A stretch of 64,000 nucleotides of DNA from Eledone cirrhosa. Lineage: Eukaryota. The DNA is taken from NCBI GenBank assembly GCA_964016885.1, contig CAXHJY010001229.1, positions 1 to 64,000 on the forward strand, in the 5' to 3' direction. The position numbers and the translations under genes were made by a program. Positions 24,721 through 38,834 of the stretch are shown one piece after another (within the stretch, counting starts at the first letter, position 1; each line of letters begins with the position of its first letter). A model generated the notes under the pieces. The model searched no databases. It was given only the letters and a program-made list of their open reading frames with translations, and had not been told where the DNA came from.

Positions 24721-26147
24721 AAGAATATAATATCAATCTTTCATTAATTAATCCAAACACTGTGTATTTCATTAGAAATATAGTAACAAAAACGTTAATT
24801 CTTTTTGACTAGGTGCAAGGCGAAGTTTTGCAAGTTAGTAAGGGTTGTCTACTGCAATTGCAGGATGAAAGGCAAAATTGAAGTATGGATCTAATCATAG
24901 AATAATGAAGATTAATGAATTTATGACATTTATGGTAGGGTACCTGAAATGCAATAAACTAAGTTGAAAAACCTTGATCAAGTGAGAATATCCAAGCAAT
25001 CAGTAGACAAAAAATGTCTCAACAAGTGATTAACACTTTTGATACCAAACCAGTCACTGGCTTTATACACAGAGGTTTATATTTATTAAAAAAAACAAAA
25101 AAAACCTTCCATCAAAATTCTATAAAGTCATATTACTGAATCCTTTTAATTATGCTCCAGTTTGATCATGACAGTGTTATTTTATAAAATCTCTCCAAAT
25201 TATTTTTTTAATGATTTGAAAATAAGTATCTTTCATAAGAAATATGATAATGAAAGGGTTAAAGGCCATAAAAAACCAAGGGTGATAACTCCAATATAGT
25301 CATTTGATTGACATTTTTGGAAATAAACGATGTAGATTGAGAGTAGATCTGATTTTTAATTATGTCCACATTCTAAATGAAATATACTGTTTCAATTAAT
25401 TTTGAATAATAATTTGGAGGAATTTAATAACTTATTAATCTGATGTTTGGAGCATTATTTAACACAAAGGTCTTATATAAAATGAAGGAATAAGTATGAA
25501 ACATTTAAAAAGAGCAGTTTTCTTCTATAAAAACAGAACAAATGGGTTTAATGCCATCTGATAAAAGCAACGGGCGCGTTTTAGTTAGACCTCATCAAAG
25601 AATATTTTACTGAATTGGTATGCGATTATAGTCTCAGTTGACAGGTTTCCAACTCACTACATTACACAAGTGAGACTTTACCAAAGCTGTATTTAACATG
25701 CATAGCATTCCCCCGATGTATTATTTCACTTCTGTTGGCGCAATGCATTTAGTCAGTCACTACCATTTCAGCCAACTTGACTACCTACAAAACTCTAATA
25801 TGCTCAAGCGTGGCTGTGTTGTTAAAAAAATTTGTTTTACAACCATGTAGATTTGGGTTTTATCCCACTGCATTGGCACCTTACTATGGCCATTGGCTGA
25901 CCAATGCCCTGTGAATGAGAATGAATTTGATAGATAGGAACTGTAATGAAGCCCATTGTATGTACGTGTATATAGAGCAAGTAGGAAAAAAGACAAGACC
26001 AACAAGGAAATGGTTGTGCTTGATATGTAGAAAAGGAACACGTACTCAATATAAAATATTGATAAAAATGGTGTAATGAGATTGTCAGCAGGCTTAATAA
26101 TGAGAAAGTTAGTTATATTGCTAAATTCTTGAAAATTATAGGCAGTA

Positions 26148-26702
<555 letters not shown>

Positions 26703-28296
26703 TTACTAAAATTATAAATTATTTCATTACTAACTTAATTAACCCTTTAACAATATATACTATTGTATTTTTGTGGTAAAGGCTTTATCTTGCATAATTA
26801 TCTCACATAATATTGAATCTATGAGATTTTTATATTTATTTTGGGAACTATACTTAAATGGTAGTATGATGGGCTAGTTATGGTCATCGAATCTATGACA
26901 TTTGAATATTACCTTAACATAAGTATGAGTGGCCGGTTTGAACAGAAAGAAGTGAGAGAATTCTGGCTGGATACAGCCGGTTTAAATGCTAAAGGATTAC
27001 CATATGGTTCTTATATAGAATGATGCTGAAAAATGATAATTTAACCCTTTCAATACTGTAACGAGATACACTGACTTGAATTAATTAAAACTTTGGTGGT
27101 ATTTACTAAAATTATTAATTATTTCATTATTAAGATGGTACTTGTAACAACAAAAAGTTTTTATATCAAATTATGTTGCAAAAACATTTAACTACGAATG
27201 CTTTAAAATGGGTGGTTTTGTTTCAATCAGAACCAAAGAAAGTTTTGGCTGGGTTTACTATCAAAAGGTGCTTACATAAATTTTCGATAAATATAAAGAC
27301 TTTATAAGCAAACAGCTTTTTATTGATGCTAGAATTTTTTTCAACACGCTGAATCGTATGAGAATATAAATATAAACGCGCAAACACGCACTTACAAAAA
27401 TAAACACTCAGACACATTCACACCAACACAGCAAATGGAACGCCAGCTGCTGTTTGCTCTATTTGCTAGCCTTTTCACTACCCCTTACTTTCCTTTTACA
27501 CATACATACTTTAACACAAACACACACATTGTGTGACGGATGGAAGCCACTCAAACTTATATATAGATTGTAAAACCAGGGACAGTTTGGCATAAGAAAG
27601 TTTAACTATACAATTCCCTTAGCAAAGAACTATTGATTGAAGTGTGGATATAAAATAAAAAGTAGTCTGGCTGTTCATTATAAAGGAGAAGGAATTATAG
27701 CATGTGTTTACCATATGGTGAATACAAGAGATAATGCCTAGCTGCTGCAATAGATCAAGGACATGTGGCCAGAAAAGTGAAAAGAAAAAGCATATACTAA
27801 GCCAACACATGCCACATCAGAGGTCTCTCATTTAACCATATCAATAACTTTATAATTTTTCTTGTGATATGGACATGGGATGTATATAGAGGATGACAGT
27901 TGTATCAAAAAGGTGTAGAAATTAAGAAAGAGGAAGAAGACCTAGGAAAGATTGGGATGAAGTGATAAACACTGACCTTGCCCAATTAAACCTAACAAAG
28001 AAGATGATACATGATCAAGATCTTTGGAGTTATGCTGTGTTGCAAAAGACCTGCCTTCCCAAGTGGTCAGGTTGAATCAAACATAAATAAGACGCTAGTC
28101 TGCACCTATCTTCTCCCTAACCCTCTCCTATTCACACTCCCCAGTTTTAATACCCCAACACCTACTACTGTCCAACCCATTCATACAAGCATGGAAATCC
28201 ACATCTGATCCTACAGAATGGTGCTGTTACAACAAAAGTTCAAAGGTGGTCGTACCAGTGACAAGAGGCTTCCAGTCCATCCTCTGAGAGAAAAAG

Positions 28297-28328
<32 letters not shown>

Positions 28329-28387
28329 CCTACTCCACCCTCTAAGGATTACACGAAAAAGCACCAAGTCTATCCTGTTTGATGCTA

Positions 28388-28422
<35 letters not shown>

Positions 28423-28767
28423 AGTCCATTGTGGTTGGTGTTAGGAAGCGAATCCAGTCATAGAAACAAAGCCAAAATACAAATCTGTATGAGTAAAACA
28501 TGGTCTCTTGACCTAACTCGATTCAACATGACAAGTCCAAGCTTAGAAAAATAGACGTTAAACCATATATACACACACATATATGCGATAAAAAAAACAC
28601 ACCCAGTACACACTGTAAATGTGGTTGGCATTAGGAAGGGCATCCAGTCATAGAAACTAAGCCAGAAATAGTTCTGTATGAGCAAGACAGTCATCTGACC
28701 TGGCTTGACTCAATGAAAACTCGTCTAACCCATGCTAGCATAGAAAAATATATGTTAAATGGTGATA

Positions 28768-29219
28768 TCTATATATATAAAATCAAGTCTCTGTGTGTGT
28801 GTGTGTGTGTCTGTGTACAAATACTAGGCTCCTTTTAACTTTTGAAGTACTAGGCCGATTTGCTTCAAGGAATGATATTTCTATGTCCAGTGGATGGTCA
28901 ACGTGGTAGTGCCAGCACCATCTTACGCATAGGGTTTAGTCTACTGAAGGACATACGGTGCGTCTATTCCATCTTTATCCCCTTACTCATACCTACTACA
29001 GCAAGGCCGGACCTGAAATCATTCACGTCAATTAACTCAAGCTACCCCATGAATTGTTTTTATGTTGCCGTTTATTTCACTCAATCATGTCACTGTACAC
29101 CCATTTTGTTAAACTTTTTTTTACAATTACATTTCAATTCTTTGCTCAACCTTTGGCTCTCTTTATACAGACAAACAGGCTGTCATTCATTTCCCGAGCA
29201 ACGCCGGGTACATCTGCTA

Positions 29220-29220
<1 letters not shown>
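28768..29220 (+). mobile_element. Non-autonomous Helitron
   Basis: A|TC start, subterminal hairpin CCCG-AGCAACGC-CGGG, CTAG|T end, no TSD. Confidence 0.8.
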
Positions 29221-29264
<44 letters not shown>

Positions 29265-29555
29265 AAGACAGAACATCAAAAATGAGTCGATCTCTATAAA
29301 AATATGTTGTATTGCTTAAGAAATGTATTATATAATAAAAGTGGTACCTAAGTGGCTATCTGAAGTTATGTTATGGCAGCATTGCATAAATTAAAAATAA
29401 CACCACAGAAATAAGTATTACAGAAAATTATGCAATAAAATGAGTTATGTAAATTTAGCCTTCATTATTGTACATATACTATTATGTGCTACCACATCAG
29501 ATTGGAAGAATACATTTGACGTGAGTGCTTAACCCCAATTACACCATCAGTGAAC

Positions 29556-29805
29556 ATTTAATGATTAATAAAAATAATGATGATACGATTAAGGAAAATC
29601 CTATTTTTATTCTAAAAGATCGTGTAATTTGGATATTAATAATTTGATTAAGAATTATAATTAATGAATATTTTCTTGAAGGATAAATTCAAAGAGATGA
29701 ATTAATAAAAAAGAGAGATCAAATTGATAAAATTCAAGTTAGGGAATGGAGATATATGGTTGTTGAATTATGATCATCAAATGAAGAAAAAATATCTACT
29801 GTCAT
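29556..29805 (-). pseudogene. atp6: Nuclear copy of mitochondrial atp6 5' part
   Basis: MTVDIFSSFDDHNSTTMYLHSLTWILSIWSLFFINSSLWIYP...GFSLIVSSLFLLII. Confidence 0.9.
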
Positions 29806-29807
29806 TA

Positions 29808-29968
29808 TTATCAATTTTATATATATATATATATTTTATTTTTTTTTTATTGTTATTTGAGGAATAAATATTATTATTATTTCATCATATAATAAATGAG
29901 TTTAAGAATATAATTATTCAGAATATAGAAAATAAAAGGATTCAATTTAATGGTGATAATTGAGGCAT
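29808..29968 (-). pseudogene. atp8: Nuclear copy of mitochondrial atp8
   Basis: MPQLSPLNWILLFSMFWMIMFLNSFIMWWNNNN...; 3' part altered by A/TA runs. Confidence 0.9.
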
Positions 29969-29969
29969 G

Positions 29970-30039
29970 AAAAAAGTACTAGGTTTTATAATAATTTAAA
30001 TTTGACAAATTTATGTTATTTTAATTTAACTAACTTTTT
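29970..30039 (-). tRNA. trnD: Mitochondrial tRNA-Asp (GUC) copy within the NUMT, presumably non-functional
   Basis: Anticodon arm taaat-TTGTCAA-attta, located between cox2 and atp8. Confidence 0.8.
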
Positions 30040-30045
30040 AATTGA

Positions 30046-30174
30046 TTAATTAATTATATTATATAATCAGTTATTAAATGTATTTATATTTACAATTTCA
30101 AGGGTAATTGGTATAAAAGAGTGATTTGCTCCGCAGATTTCTGAGCATTGACCATAAAAAATTCCAGGACGACT
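30046..30174 (-). pseudogene. cox2: Nuclear copy of mitochondrial cox2 3' end
   Basis: [42 protein letters not shown] (CuA ligands); inverted copy [25 protein letters not shown] at 30161-30263 (+). Confidence 0.93.
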
Positions 30175-30263
30175 TAATCAAGTAAATTTATATTCAAGTC
30201 GTCCTGGAATTTTCTATGGTCAATGCTCAGAAATCTACGGACCAAATCACTCTTTTATACCAA

Positions 30264-32190
30264 GTCACACAGAATGGGGTTGTTCCGAAGGACTGGCATA
30301 GCAGCATCATCATTAACTGCTACAAGGGTAAAGGAGATGCCCTTGATAGGGGTAACTATAGAGGCATTAAATTAATGGACCAGGTCATGAAGGTCACAGA
30401 AAAAGTAATAGCGCAACTAATCAGAGAGCAAATTGATCTAGATGAAATGCAGTTCGGGTTTGTGTCAGGTAAAAGTACCACAGACGCTCTTTTCATTGTA
30501 CGATAACTACAGGAGAAGTACCTAGCTAAAAGTAAACCCCTATACTTAGCGCTTTTGTCGACTTGGAGAAAGACTTTGACAGAGTCCCCCGTTCCATTAT
30601 CTGGTGGGCTCTTAGAAAACTAGGTGTTGATGAATGGCTTGTGAGAGCTATACAAGCCATGTATAAAGAAACAGTCAGCAAGGTTAGAATTAACAACGAA
30701 TATAGTGAAGAGTTTAGCGTAAAAGTTGGTGTTCATCAGGGCTCTGTTCTTAGCCCCCTACTATTTATTATTGCCTTTCAGGCTATAACAGTGGAGTTCA
30801 AGACCGGCTGCCCATGGGAACTCTTATACGCAGATGATCTAACGCTCATAGATGAATCAATGGCCGAACTAGAGAAGAAATTCCAAACATGGAAGCATGG
30901 CCTAGAATCAAAAGGCCTTAAAATTAACCTGTCTAAGACTAAAGTTCTAGTTTGTAGGAAGGAAAATAGGGCACTGGTCCCATCTGGGAAATGGCCATGC
31001 TCAGTGTGTAGGAAAGTAGTAGGTAGAAACTCCATTTTATGTCCCAAATGCAAAGTATGGGTGCATAAAAGATGTAGTGGGATCACAGGTAAGCTAAGTA
31101 AGAACATAGATTTTACGTGGCCAGTGCTCTGGTGCAATAAGTAGCAGTAAGTGCCCACAGAATACTAGCTCATTCCATTGCACAGATGGTTCTATAGAAA
31201 TAGTGGACAGCTTCCGTTACCTGGGCGATAAAATCAGCAGTGGGGGAGGGTGCTCTGAAAGTACAGTAGCTAGAGTCAGAACTGGATGGAAAAAGTTCTG
31301 AGAGCTTATACCACTATTAGCCGCTAAGGGGTTCTCCCTAAAAATGAAAGGCAGGCTGTATGATGCCTGCATACGAACAGCAATCTTACATGGCAGTGAG
31401 ACCTGGGCATTGTGTACAGAGGATATACGCAGACTGGAGAGGAACGAAGCTTGCATGCTCCGCTGGATGTGTAATAGTAATATACGTGAACGGCAAAACA
31501 TAAACGAACTAAGGGAAAAATTAGAAATAAGAGGGATCAGATGTTGTTTACTCGAGAGAAGACTACGTTGGTACGGTCACGTGATGCGCATGAAAGACGA
31601 CAGCTGTATAAAAAAGTGCAGGGCAATAAAAATAGACGGTAGCCACGGAGTAGGCAGACCCAGAAAAACCCGGGACGACTTGATAAATTCCGACCTCACA
31701 CACTTACACCTCTCCAAGACAATGTCACTGGACCGAGACCTTTGGCGCTACACAGTAATACAGAAGACACGTCTTACCTAAGTACAAAGTGAAACCTACT
31801 ACAGTCAGTAGGCATCTCTAACAAAAATACACCCCCCTCCCACTACCCCCACCCCATCCACACCACCCCTTTCAATGTAAAGTTATGTTGGTACCACAAC
31901 ATCCAGTCCGAAACAAATGAGGTCGTGTAGGTGTCACACCAAAAAAACACACAGTCCACGCTGTAATGTGGCCGTGTAGGTAACACGGTAAAAACCTCCC
32001 AGTCCACACTAAACGTGGTTGGCGTTAGGAAGGGCATCCAGCCGTAGAAAACCCGCCAGACAGTTCTATACGAGCAAGACAACCACTTTTGCCTCGAAAA
32101 CTCCCGTCCAAACCCATGCAAGTGTGGAATATGGACGTTAAACGATGATGATGATGGATGATGGATGATGGATGATGATGATGATGATGA
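30264..32190 (+). mobile_element. 5'-truncated RTE-clade LINE (RT with Cys/His finger) including 3' UTR and (GAT)n tail
   Basis: PKDW..KGKGDALDRGNYRGI, QFGF, STTDA, FDRVPR, GVHQGSVLSPLLF, LYADDL, HGSETW, RRLRWYGHVMR; contains stops and frameshifts. Confidence 0.92.
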
Positions 32191-32488
32191 CATACATATA
32201 TGCATATATCTGTATATATAACATACCTGGACCGCCACTTGGAAATTACTGAATATCCAAGTGAGGTTTCTGTAAATCCGAAATCAACAAAATCCGCTTG
32301 TGGTGTATACAAGTTAGATTTCTGGAAGATCGAACAGAGGAATTTACTTTCTCAACAGGCTTTCGTTCTAACCCAAAACCCGGTGTGTAGCACGTTACTC
32401 CAAAGGGAGTTAACGCCGGTTTCTGGAGGTCAATTCAAAAATTATGGGCAATGGAAAAAATTCCATACACAATATATATATATATATA

Positions 32489-32825
32489 GCACATGGCTTA
32501 GTGGTTAGAGCATTGGCCTTGCAATTGAAAGGTTGTGAGTTCAATTCTCAGACCGGGTAATGTGTTGTTTCCTTGAGCAAGACACTTTATTTCACATTGC
32601 TCCAGTTTACTCAGCTGTAGAAATGAGATGATAGGGACTGGGGTCTCTATCATTCCACTGCAAAGTGGTCGTGGAGGTGTCACGGCAAAAAAGCACCCAC
32701 CACTCACTGTAAATGAAGTTGGTGTTAGGAAGGGCATCCAGCTGTAGAAATCAAGCCAGAATCAGTTCCCGTCCCACCCTTGCAAGCAGGGAAAAGCGGA
32801 CGTAAAATGAAATGATGATGATGAT
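32489..32825 (+). mobile_element. SINE family A
   Basis: Full copy. Confidence 0.85.
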
Positions 32826-32839
32826 ATATTTTGCAGGTA

Positions 32840-33470
32840 AAATTACTGAGAGATCCATGGACGAGTTCTCTCCAGCGGTCTCTGTCCATCATCGCTGTTA
32901 TGTCCTGTGTCTCCCAGAGACCAGTGTCTGTCTTTAGGCATCAACATGCCATCTTCAGTCTCCTTCTTCCAGTGTGTCCGTGTAGGGGCTCCCACAGGAC
33001 CAGTGAGTGCAGTGTCAATTCTGAATGTCAGTAAGCATGTCCAGCTAACCTCAGTCTCCTCCAAGTCACTTTCAAGCTGACTTCTGGGAGGCTCCCGTAC
33101 AGCTCTGAGTTCTTCATTCTCAGTGTATACTGATTAATGTTCAGAGCCTTCCTCAGCATTCTCGTGTAGCACCCATCCACCAACTGTGTGAGTCTCTTGG
33201 TCAGTGTCCAAGTCTCAGACCTGTACAGCAGCACAGACTCCACTGTAGTGACAAAGGGACAGATCTTCAGGTCTTTACGAAGGTCTGACTTCCACACTGA
33301 ACTCTTCCTCTTCACATCGTCCTGTGTTTTGAATCTTTGCTCCCAGATACAGGAAGTGCTTAAACAACTCTAGCGGCTTCCCGCCTACATTCATAATCTT
33401 CTCTGACTTCTTAATGTTCTTACCAGACAATTTGTCTTACTCTCATTCATTTTCAGCCCCACAATGTCTC
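32840..33470 (-). mobile_element. LINE (RTE/L2-like) 3' fragment
   Basis: LLYRSETWTLTK..LVDGCYTRMLRKALNI..RRLRLAGH. Confidence 0.75.
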
Positions 33471-33616
33471 CACCTCCTGCATCAATTCCTCTGCCTCCTT
33501 CACTAATTATTATAACATAAAATACATAACTAAAAATAATTTTAAGTTTTTGAGTAAGGGTTTTTTTTTTATACCCAAGTTTATGACAGTTTATGACAGA
33601 AAACATATTTGAAATA

Positions 33617-33935
33617 CAGTTGTCTCCTGGTATTTGTGGGGGTTAGGTTCCTAGAGCACCCACAAAGAGTGATAAACTGCAAATATTGGACGTGGTCCAT
33701 AAAAATGCCTATAAACATCAAAACATAACTTAAAATATAGGCTGGAAAATATGGTATATTGTTATTAATAATTTAGCATTAAAAAGCGTGAAAAAAAAAT
33801 ATATTGCCATGAAAAAAATTGTGGAAGATATTTACAATTCCATGAATATGCAATGGTTTCCACGAACAATTATTAGTTAGGTTCCGAGGAAAATTCTGCG
33901 TCTAACTGAGACCGCGAATGCCGGAGAGGGGGCTG
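33617..33935. mobile_element. Tigger-like MITE
   Basis: TA|CAGTTGTCTCCTGGTATTTGTGGGG and a complementary degenerate right end CCGCGAATGCCGGAGAGGGGGCTG. Confidence 0.5.
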
Positions 33936-35599
33936 CGCGCGGCACACCGTATATATTTATATTTTATTGCATGATAGTCATATTGCTGGTATGTTGACAT
34001 TCGTTTATAGTTAAATTTTTAAATACAAAAAAAAACGCTCGATTAGTTTCAGTCGATCTCGTTATAACGAATTTTTCATTACAACGGAGTGTAACTGTAT
34101 ATCTATATGCATACATACTTAAGCCAGCTGTCGGACAGAATACTCTCACCTGTTTCTGTTCAAACCGGTCTAAATTGCTACGCAATTAAGGTATTGTTCT
34201 CAAAATATATATCAAAATCTCAGATTTGATATTATGTAAGATAAAGCCTTTACCATGCAAATACAATAGTATGTATAGAGTAGTGTAAATGCTAAAGGGT
34301 TAAGGAAACAGTGTAGATGCGAGGTTAGTGAGTAAAAGAGGAGGTAGGAACTCTATAAAAATGTGTACTCAAGTTGTAGTGGGATTGTAGTCAGGTTATC
34401 ATAAAAGATTTTGCATGAGGCAAATGCACAGTATAATAAACCTTTTCCAATCACAGAAAGGACCCAATTGAAGTAGTCAATGATTTGTTAGGTGATCTAA
34501 TTAACAGTCAAGGAGATTGCTCTGAAAACATAGTAGCACTACTATAGGGACTACTATGTTGACAACAAAGGGAATTTCCATCTAGGTGAAAAGTAGATTG
34601 CATAATGCCTGCATGAGAAGTTCGATATTGCATGGTAGTAAGAAATAGGTGGTAATTGAAGTGATTGAAGAGAAATGAATCTAGCATGCTCTGCTTGGAT
34701 GTGTTATGCGAGTGCATGAAACGAGATATGGATGAACTAGGTACAAGAGGAAGGGAGAAGACTACACTAATTTGGAAATGTGATGTGTATGGATGATAAA
34801 TGCAGAGAGAAAAATTACCAGCAAATAACAGTGGAAGGAAGCTGCATTTCAAGAAGACCAAGGAAAACTTGCGCAGATGTGGTAAGAGCTAATCTCAATA
34901 AACTGAACCTCAGATAACAAAGGAATGCTACAAGTGATGTGTGACTGTGATGGAAAGGACTTGCCCAACCTATGCAAGCATGTTTAAGTAGTCGTAAAAT
35001 GATGAATGGAAAAATACATTGATATCAGTAAAGGAAAGATAAGATTCTAACTGGCTGCGCTCAAAGCGTCCTTGACCCAGTTGACTGTGGGTTTTTCCAT
35101 TTTTAGGATATCAATTACCAGTTAATGTCACAATTACCGGACACGCCTGCACACCTGCAGTCAGACTATAGTTATGCTGTCTGCAAGCTCATTCAAATGC
35201 ATTCACACTGGCTGTCTCAAAGACATACAAATATGGCTTATAAAACTTACTAAAGTAAAGAGCCTTCCAGCCTTAGTTCTTTCCAGTTATACAAAGTAAA
35301 AGTAAAATGCAATGCTGTGATTAGATTAGGTGAAACACCTTGCTTCAGCAACACTTAGTTGTAAATTAGATCAAGTAGGTAAGAGTGTCAAAGAAACCTC
35401 AAACATGAGTGGTAAGCATTTTAATTTACCATGGATCATTTTCAGTCTTTGCTAATAAGTTTCAATTACAAACCTGCTACATAAATTCTATTCTTACAAT
35501 ATTTCTAGTGAAAGAATTTAGAGGTATTTAGTAATATAAAGATTCTCACTAAGCTGATGTTTAGAATATAATTTACCTGAATAAAACGTTTTTAGGTAA

Positions 35600-35975
35600 A
35601 TATACACAACGTGACCTCTGGCGTCACGCAGTAATACAGAGTACCCGACCTCCCATGGGTACAAGCCGAAGCATATAGACAATATGCCCCCACCCCCTCC
35701 CACTGTAAAGTGGTCGTGGAGGTGCCATGACAAAAAAAGCACCCAGCCCACACTGTAAAGTGGACGTGTAGGTGCCACGGAAAAAAAAGCACCCAGCACT
35801 CACTGTAAATGAGGTTGGTGTTAGGAAGGGCATCCAGCTGCAGAAATCAAGCCAAAATCAGTTCCTGTATGATCAAGACAAGGTCAGCCGACCAGGCACT
35901 GCCCACAAAAGGACAACCTGTCTAACCCATGCTAGCGTGGAAGAACGGACCTAAAACGTTGATGATGATGATGAT
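35600..35975 (+). mobile_element. RTE 3' UTR/tail fragment (shared with SINE A)
   Basis: Matches the reverse complement of 50432-50790. Confidence 0.75.
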
Positions 35976-36561
35976 ACATTTTAAGACAAACTTTTATATC
36001 ATAAAAACAAGGGCAATTTTAGGTGATTTAGTATCAAATGAGTTAACCCTTTAACATTTACATTACTCTATATATACTATTGTATTTTCGCAGTAAATGC
36101 TTTCTCACATAATTATCTCAGTAATATTGAATCTGAGATTTTGAGAACAATATCTTAAAGTTGGTATGAGTGAACGGTTACGGCCAGTTTGAATAGTAAT
36201 GGGTGAGAGAATTCTGGCCGGATATAGTTGGTTTAAATGCTAAAGGGCGAAGTATTCAAGTATATTGTAAGAGACTTGACAACTTTACAGTGTAAGGGTG
36301 GTGTGATCAGATGTGGATGCATATTAGAAACATGGGAGGTGTATGGAAGGGGAGGATAGTGGTTAAGAGGTGTCTACTAGATGTATGTATGTTTCAGTCC
36401 ATGCGGATGGGAAGGCGGGTTTTCTGTATTACTGCATAATGCCAAATATCTCAATCCGGTGGCATTGTCTTTGAGAGGTGCAATTGTGCAAGGTCAGCTT
36501 TTATAACCTCCTGCTCCATAGCTTCCATCAACTTTGATCACCCTATGTGCGTGTGTATATA

Positions 36562-36607
<46 letters not shown>

Positions 36608-36664
36608 GCTTTTTGTCTAATTATTGATGGCACTGTCCACTAATATATATATATATATATTAAA

Positions 36665-38650
36665 TCATCATTTAACGTCTATCTTCCACGCAAGCATAGG
36701 TTAGACGGGTTTTGTCCCACTTGAGGAAAGATTGGTAGGGTGACCTAGTCTCGTTCATATAGGACTATCGGTTGGTTTTCTACAGCTGGATGCCGTTCCT
36801 AACACCAACCACATTTACAGTGTGGACTGGGAGACTTTTTACCGTGTTACCTACACAACCTCTTTAGTGTAGACTGGATATTTTGTAGTACCAACATAAC
36901 TTTACAGAGAAAGGATGGAGTAGGGGTAATTGGTTGGAGTGTATATTTGGTTTAAGAAGTGCCTACTGAGTGTAGGCAAAGCGGGTCTTCTGTATTACTG
37001 TGTAGCGCCAAAGGTCTCGATCCAGTGACATTGTCTTAGAGAGGTATAAAAGTGTGCAAGGTCAGATTTTATCAGATCGTTTCAGGTTTTTCTGGGTCTA
37101 CCTACTCCGTAGCTTCCATCAATTTTGATCACCCTGCACTTTTTTATACAGCGGTCGTCTTTCATGCGCATACCAGCGTAATCTCCTCAAGTAAACAGCA
37201 TCTGATCCCTCTTATTCCTAATTTCTCACTTAGTTCGTATATATTACTATTACACAACCAATGCTTCAAATCTGCGCAAGTCCTCTGCACACAATACCTA
37301 TGTCTAACTGCCATGTAACATTGCTGTTTGTATACAAACATCATACAATCTGCCTTTCATTTTTAGAGAGAAACCTTTTGTGGCCAACAGCAGTATTGGC
37401 TCTCTGAACTTTTTCCATCCCGTTCTAACTCTGGCTAGTGTACTTTCAGAGCCTCCACCACTGCTGATTTTGTCACCCAGGTAAAGAAAGAGAGCATCTG
37501 TGGTACTTTTAGCTGGCACAAACCCAAACTGCATTTCATCTATATCAATTCGGTCTCTAGTCAGTTGAGTAATAACTCTTTCTGTGACCTTCATGACCTG
37601 GTCAACTAACTGAATGCCTCTATAGTTTCCCCTATCTAGAGCATCTCCTTTACCATTGTAGCTGTTAACAATGATGCTGCTACGCCAGTCATTTGGTATG
37701 GCCCCCATTCTGTATTACTTGGTTTACTATCCAGGTGACCATAGTATGTCCCACCATTCCAGATGCTTTCAACATCTCAGCAACTATCACCGAAGGCCAA
37801 GCTGCCTTGCCTGTCTTCATATCTTTGCCTTATACGACCATTTACTTGCACACCCTTTACTGGATCGATTTGGGGCAGACTATCTTTATCTCATTTATTC
37901 TCCTCATTTAGTAGTCTCTTGAAGTGACACTTCCAAGCTACCTTCTTATCAGTATCAGTGAAGGCAAGTACACCATCATCATTACGGACATACTTCTCGA
38001 CAATATCAGTTTTCCTTGACACATTGTCTTGCAATCCTGAACACCTCACGTTTTTGGTCCTCGCATTGTAGAACATGCTCAAACTTTCTAGCCTCTGCTT
38101 CCCTTCTTGCAAAGTATACTTGTCACCTAGCTTCTCTCCTAGCCACCTGATAATGTTTTCTACTCCCCACATCCCGCCATTCTTTCCAAGCTTGTTCTTT
38201 GGCCTTGATTGTCTCCACCACCTTACTCTCCTGCCTAAACGTCCGCTCCCGACACAGATTTCTTCTGTTGAATTCAGCAGGTTAACTTTCAGGAATTCCC
38301 ACTGTTCCTCTATATTGTACGTCTTTAATTGCTCTTCCTTACTGTCAAGAGCATCAAGTTTATAGCATCATTTTTTACCCACAATGAATTTAGCAGACCC
38401 ACCCTACCACCTAGTCTCTTGTACACAACAAACATCAACTTCCTTACGTTCAAGCATCTCTACAACATCATTTGAGCGACTTTTCAATGTGTCTATGTTC
38501 ACGGTACCAACTCTGAAGTTTTGGGTTTGGTTGAGTCGGCGGAAGGGATGGGGGCGCAGTAAGGGGTGTGGGAGATGTAGATGTTGGTCTTCCATGTCTG
38601 AAATAAAGAGGAGTGTTTGCATTCTCGTCCGGCAGCAGCAGGTGAATTTA
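36665..38650 (-). mobile_element. Internally deleted RTE LINE (AP endonuclease start, RT pieces, tail)
   Basis: FRVGTVNIDTLK..VDVCCVQETRW; VAWKCHFKRLLNEEN; PNDWRSSII..QFGF; 3' tail at 36665-36900. Confidence 0.85.
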
Positions 38651-38795
38651 TCTATCTTCGTCATTGAGTGCTCAGACTCTCTAAAGTCCATTTAGCATAC
38701 TGAAAAACAACCAGGTCTAAACTTAAGGAGTAGTAGCCGAAGCTATATATATATATTTCTGGCAATATTATAACAATATGACCCTCTGCAAGTAT

Positions 38796-38834
<39 letters not shown>

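Larger units (their letters stand above)
29556..30263 (-). other. NUMT: cox2(3')-trnD-atp8-atp6(5') with a cox2 fold-back
   Basis: Readable in the invertebrate mitochondrial code; gene order as in cephalopod mtDNA. Confidence 0.93.

Noticed and set aside
29556-30263. Mitochondrial contig mis-joined into the assembly
   Set aside because: It carries substitutions between the duplicated copies, altered atp8 A/TA runs and a microhomology junction, all consistent with an aged NUMT; read-level confirmation is still advisable.
30216-30506. [19 protein letters not shown]... as a real gene start
   Set aside because: The N-terminus is out-of-frame cox2 NUMT sequence fused to a LINE RT fragment.
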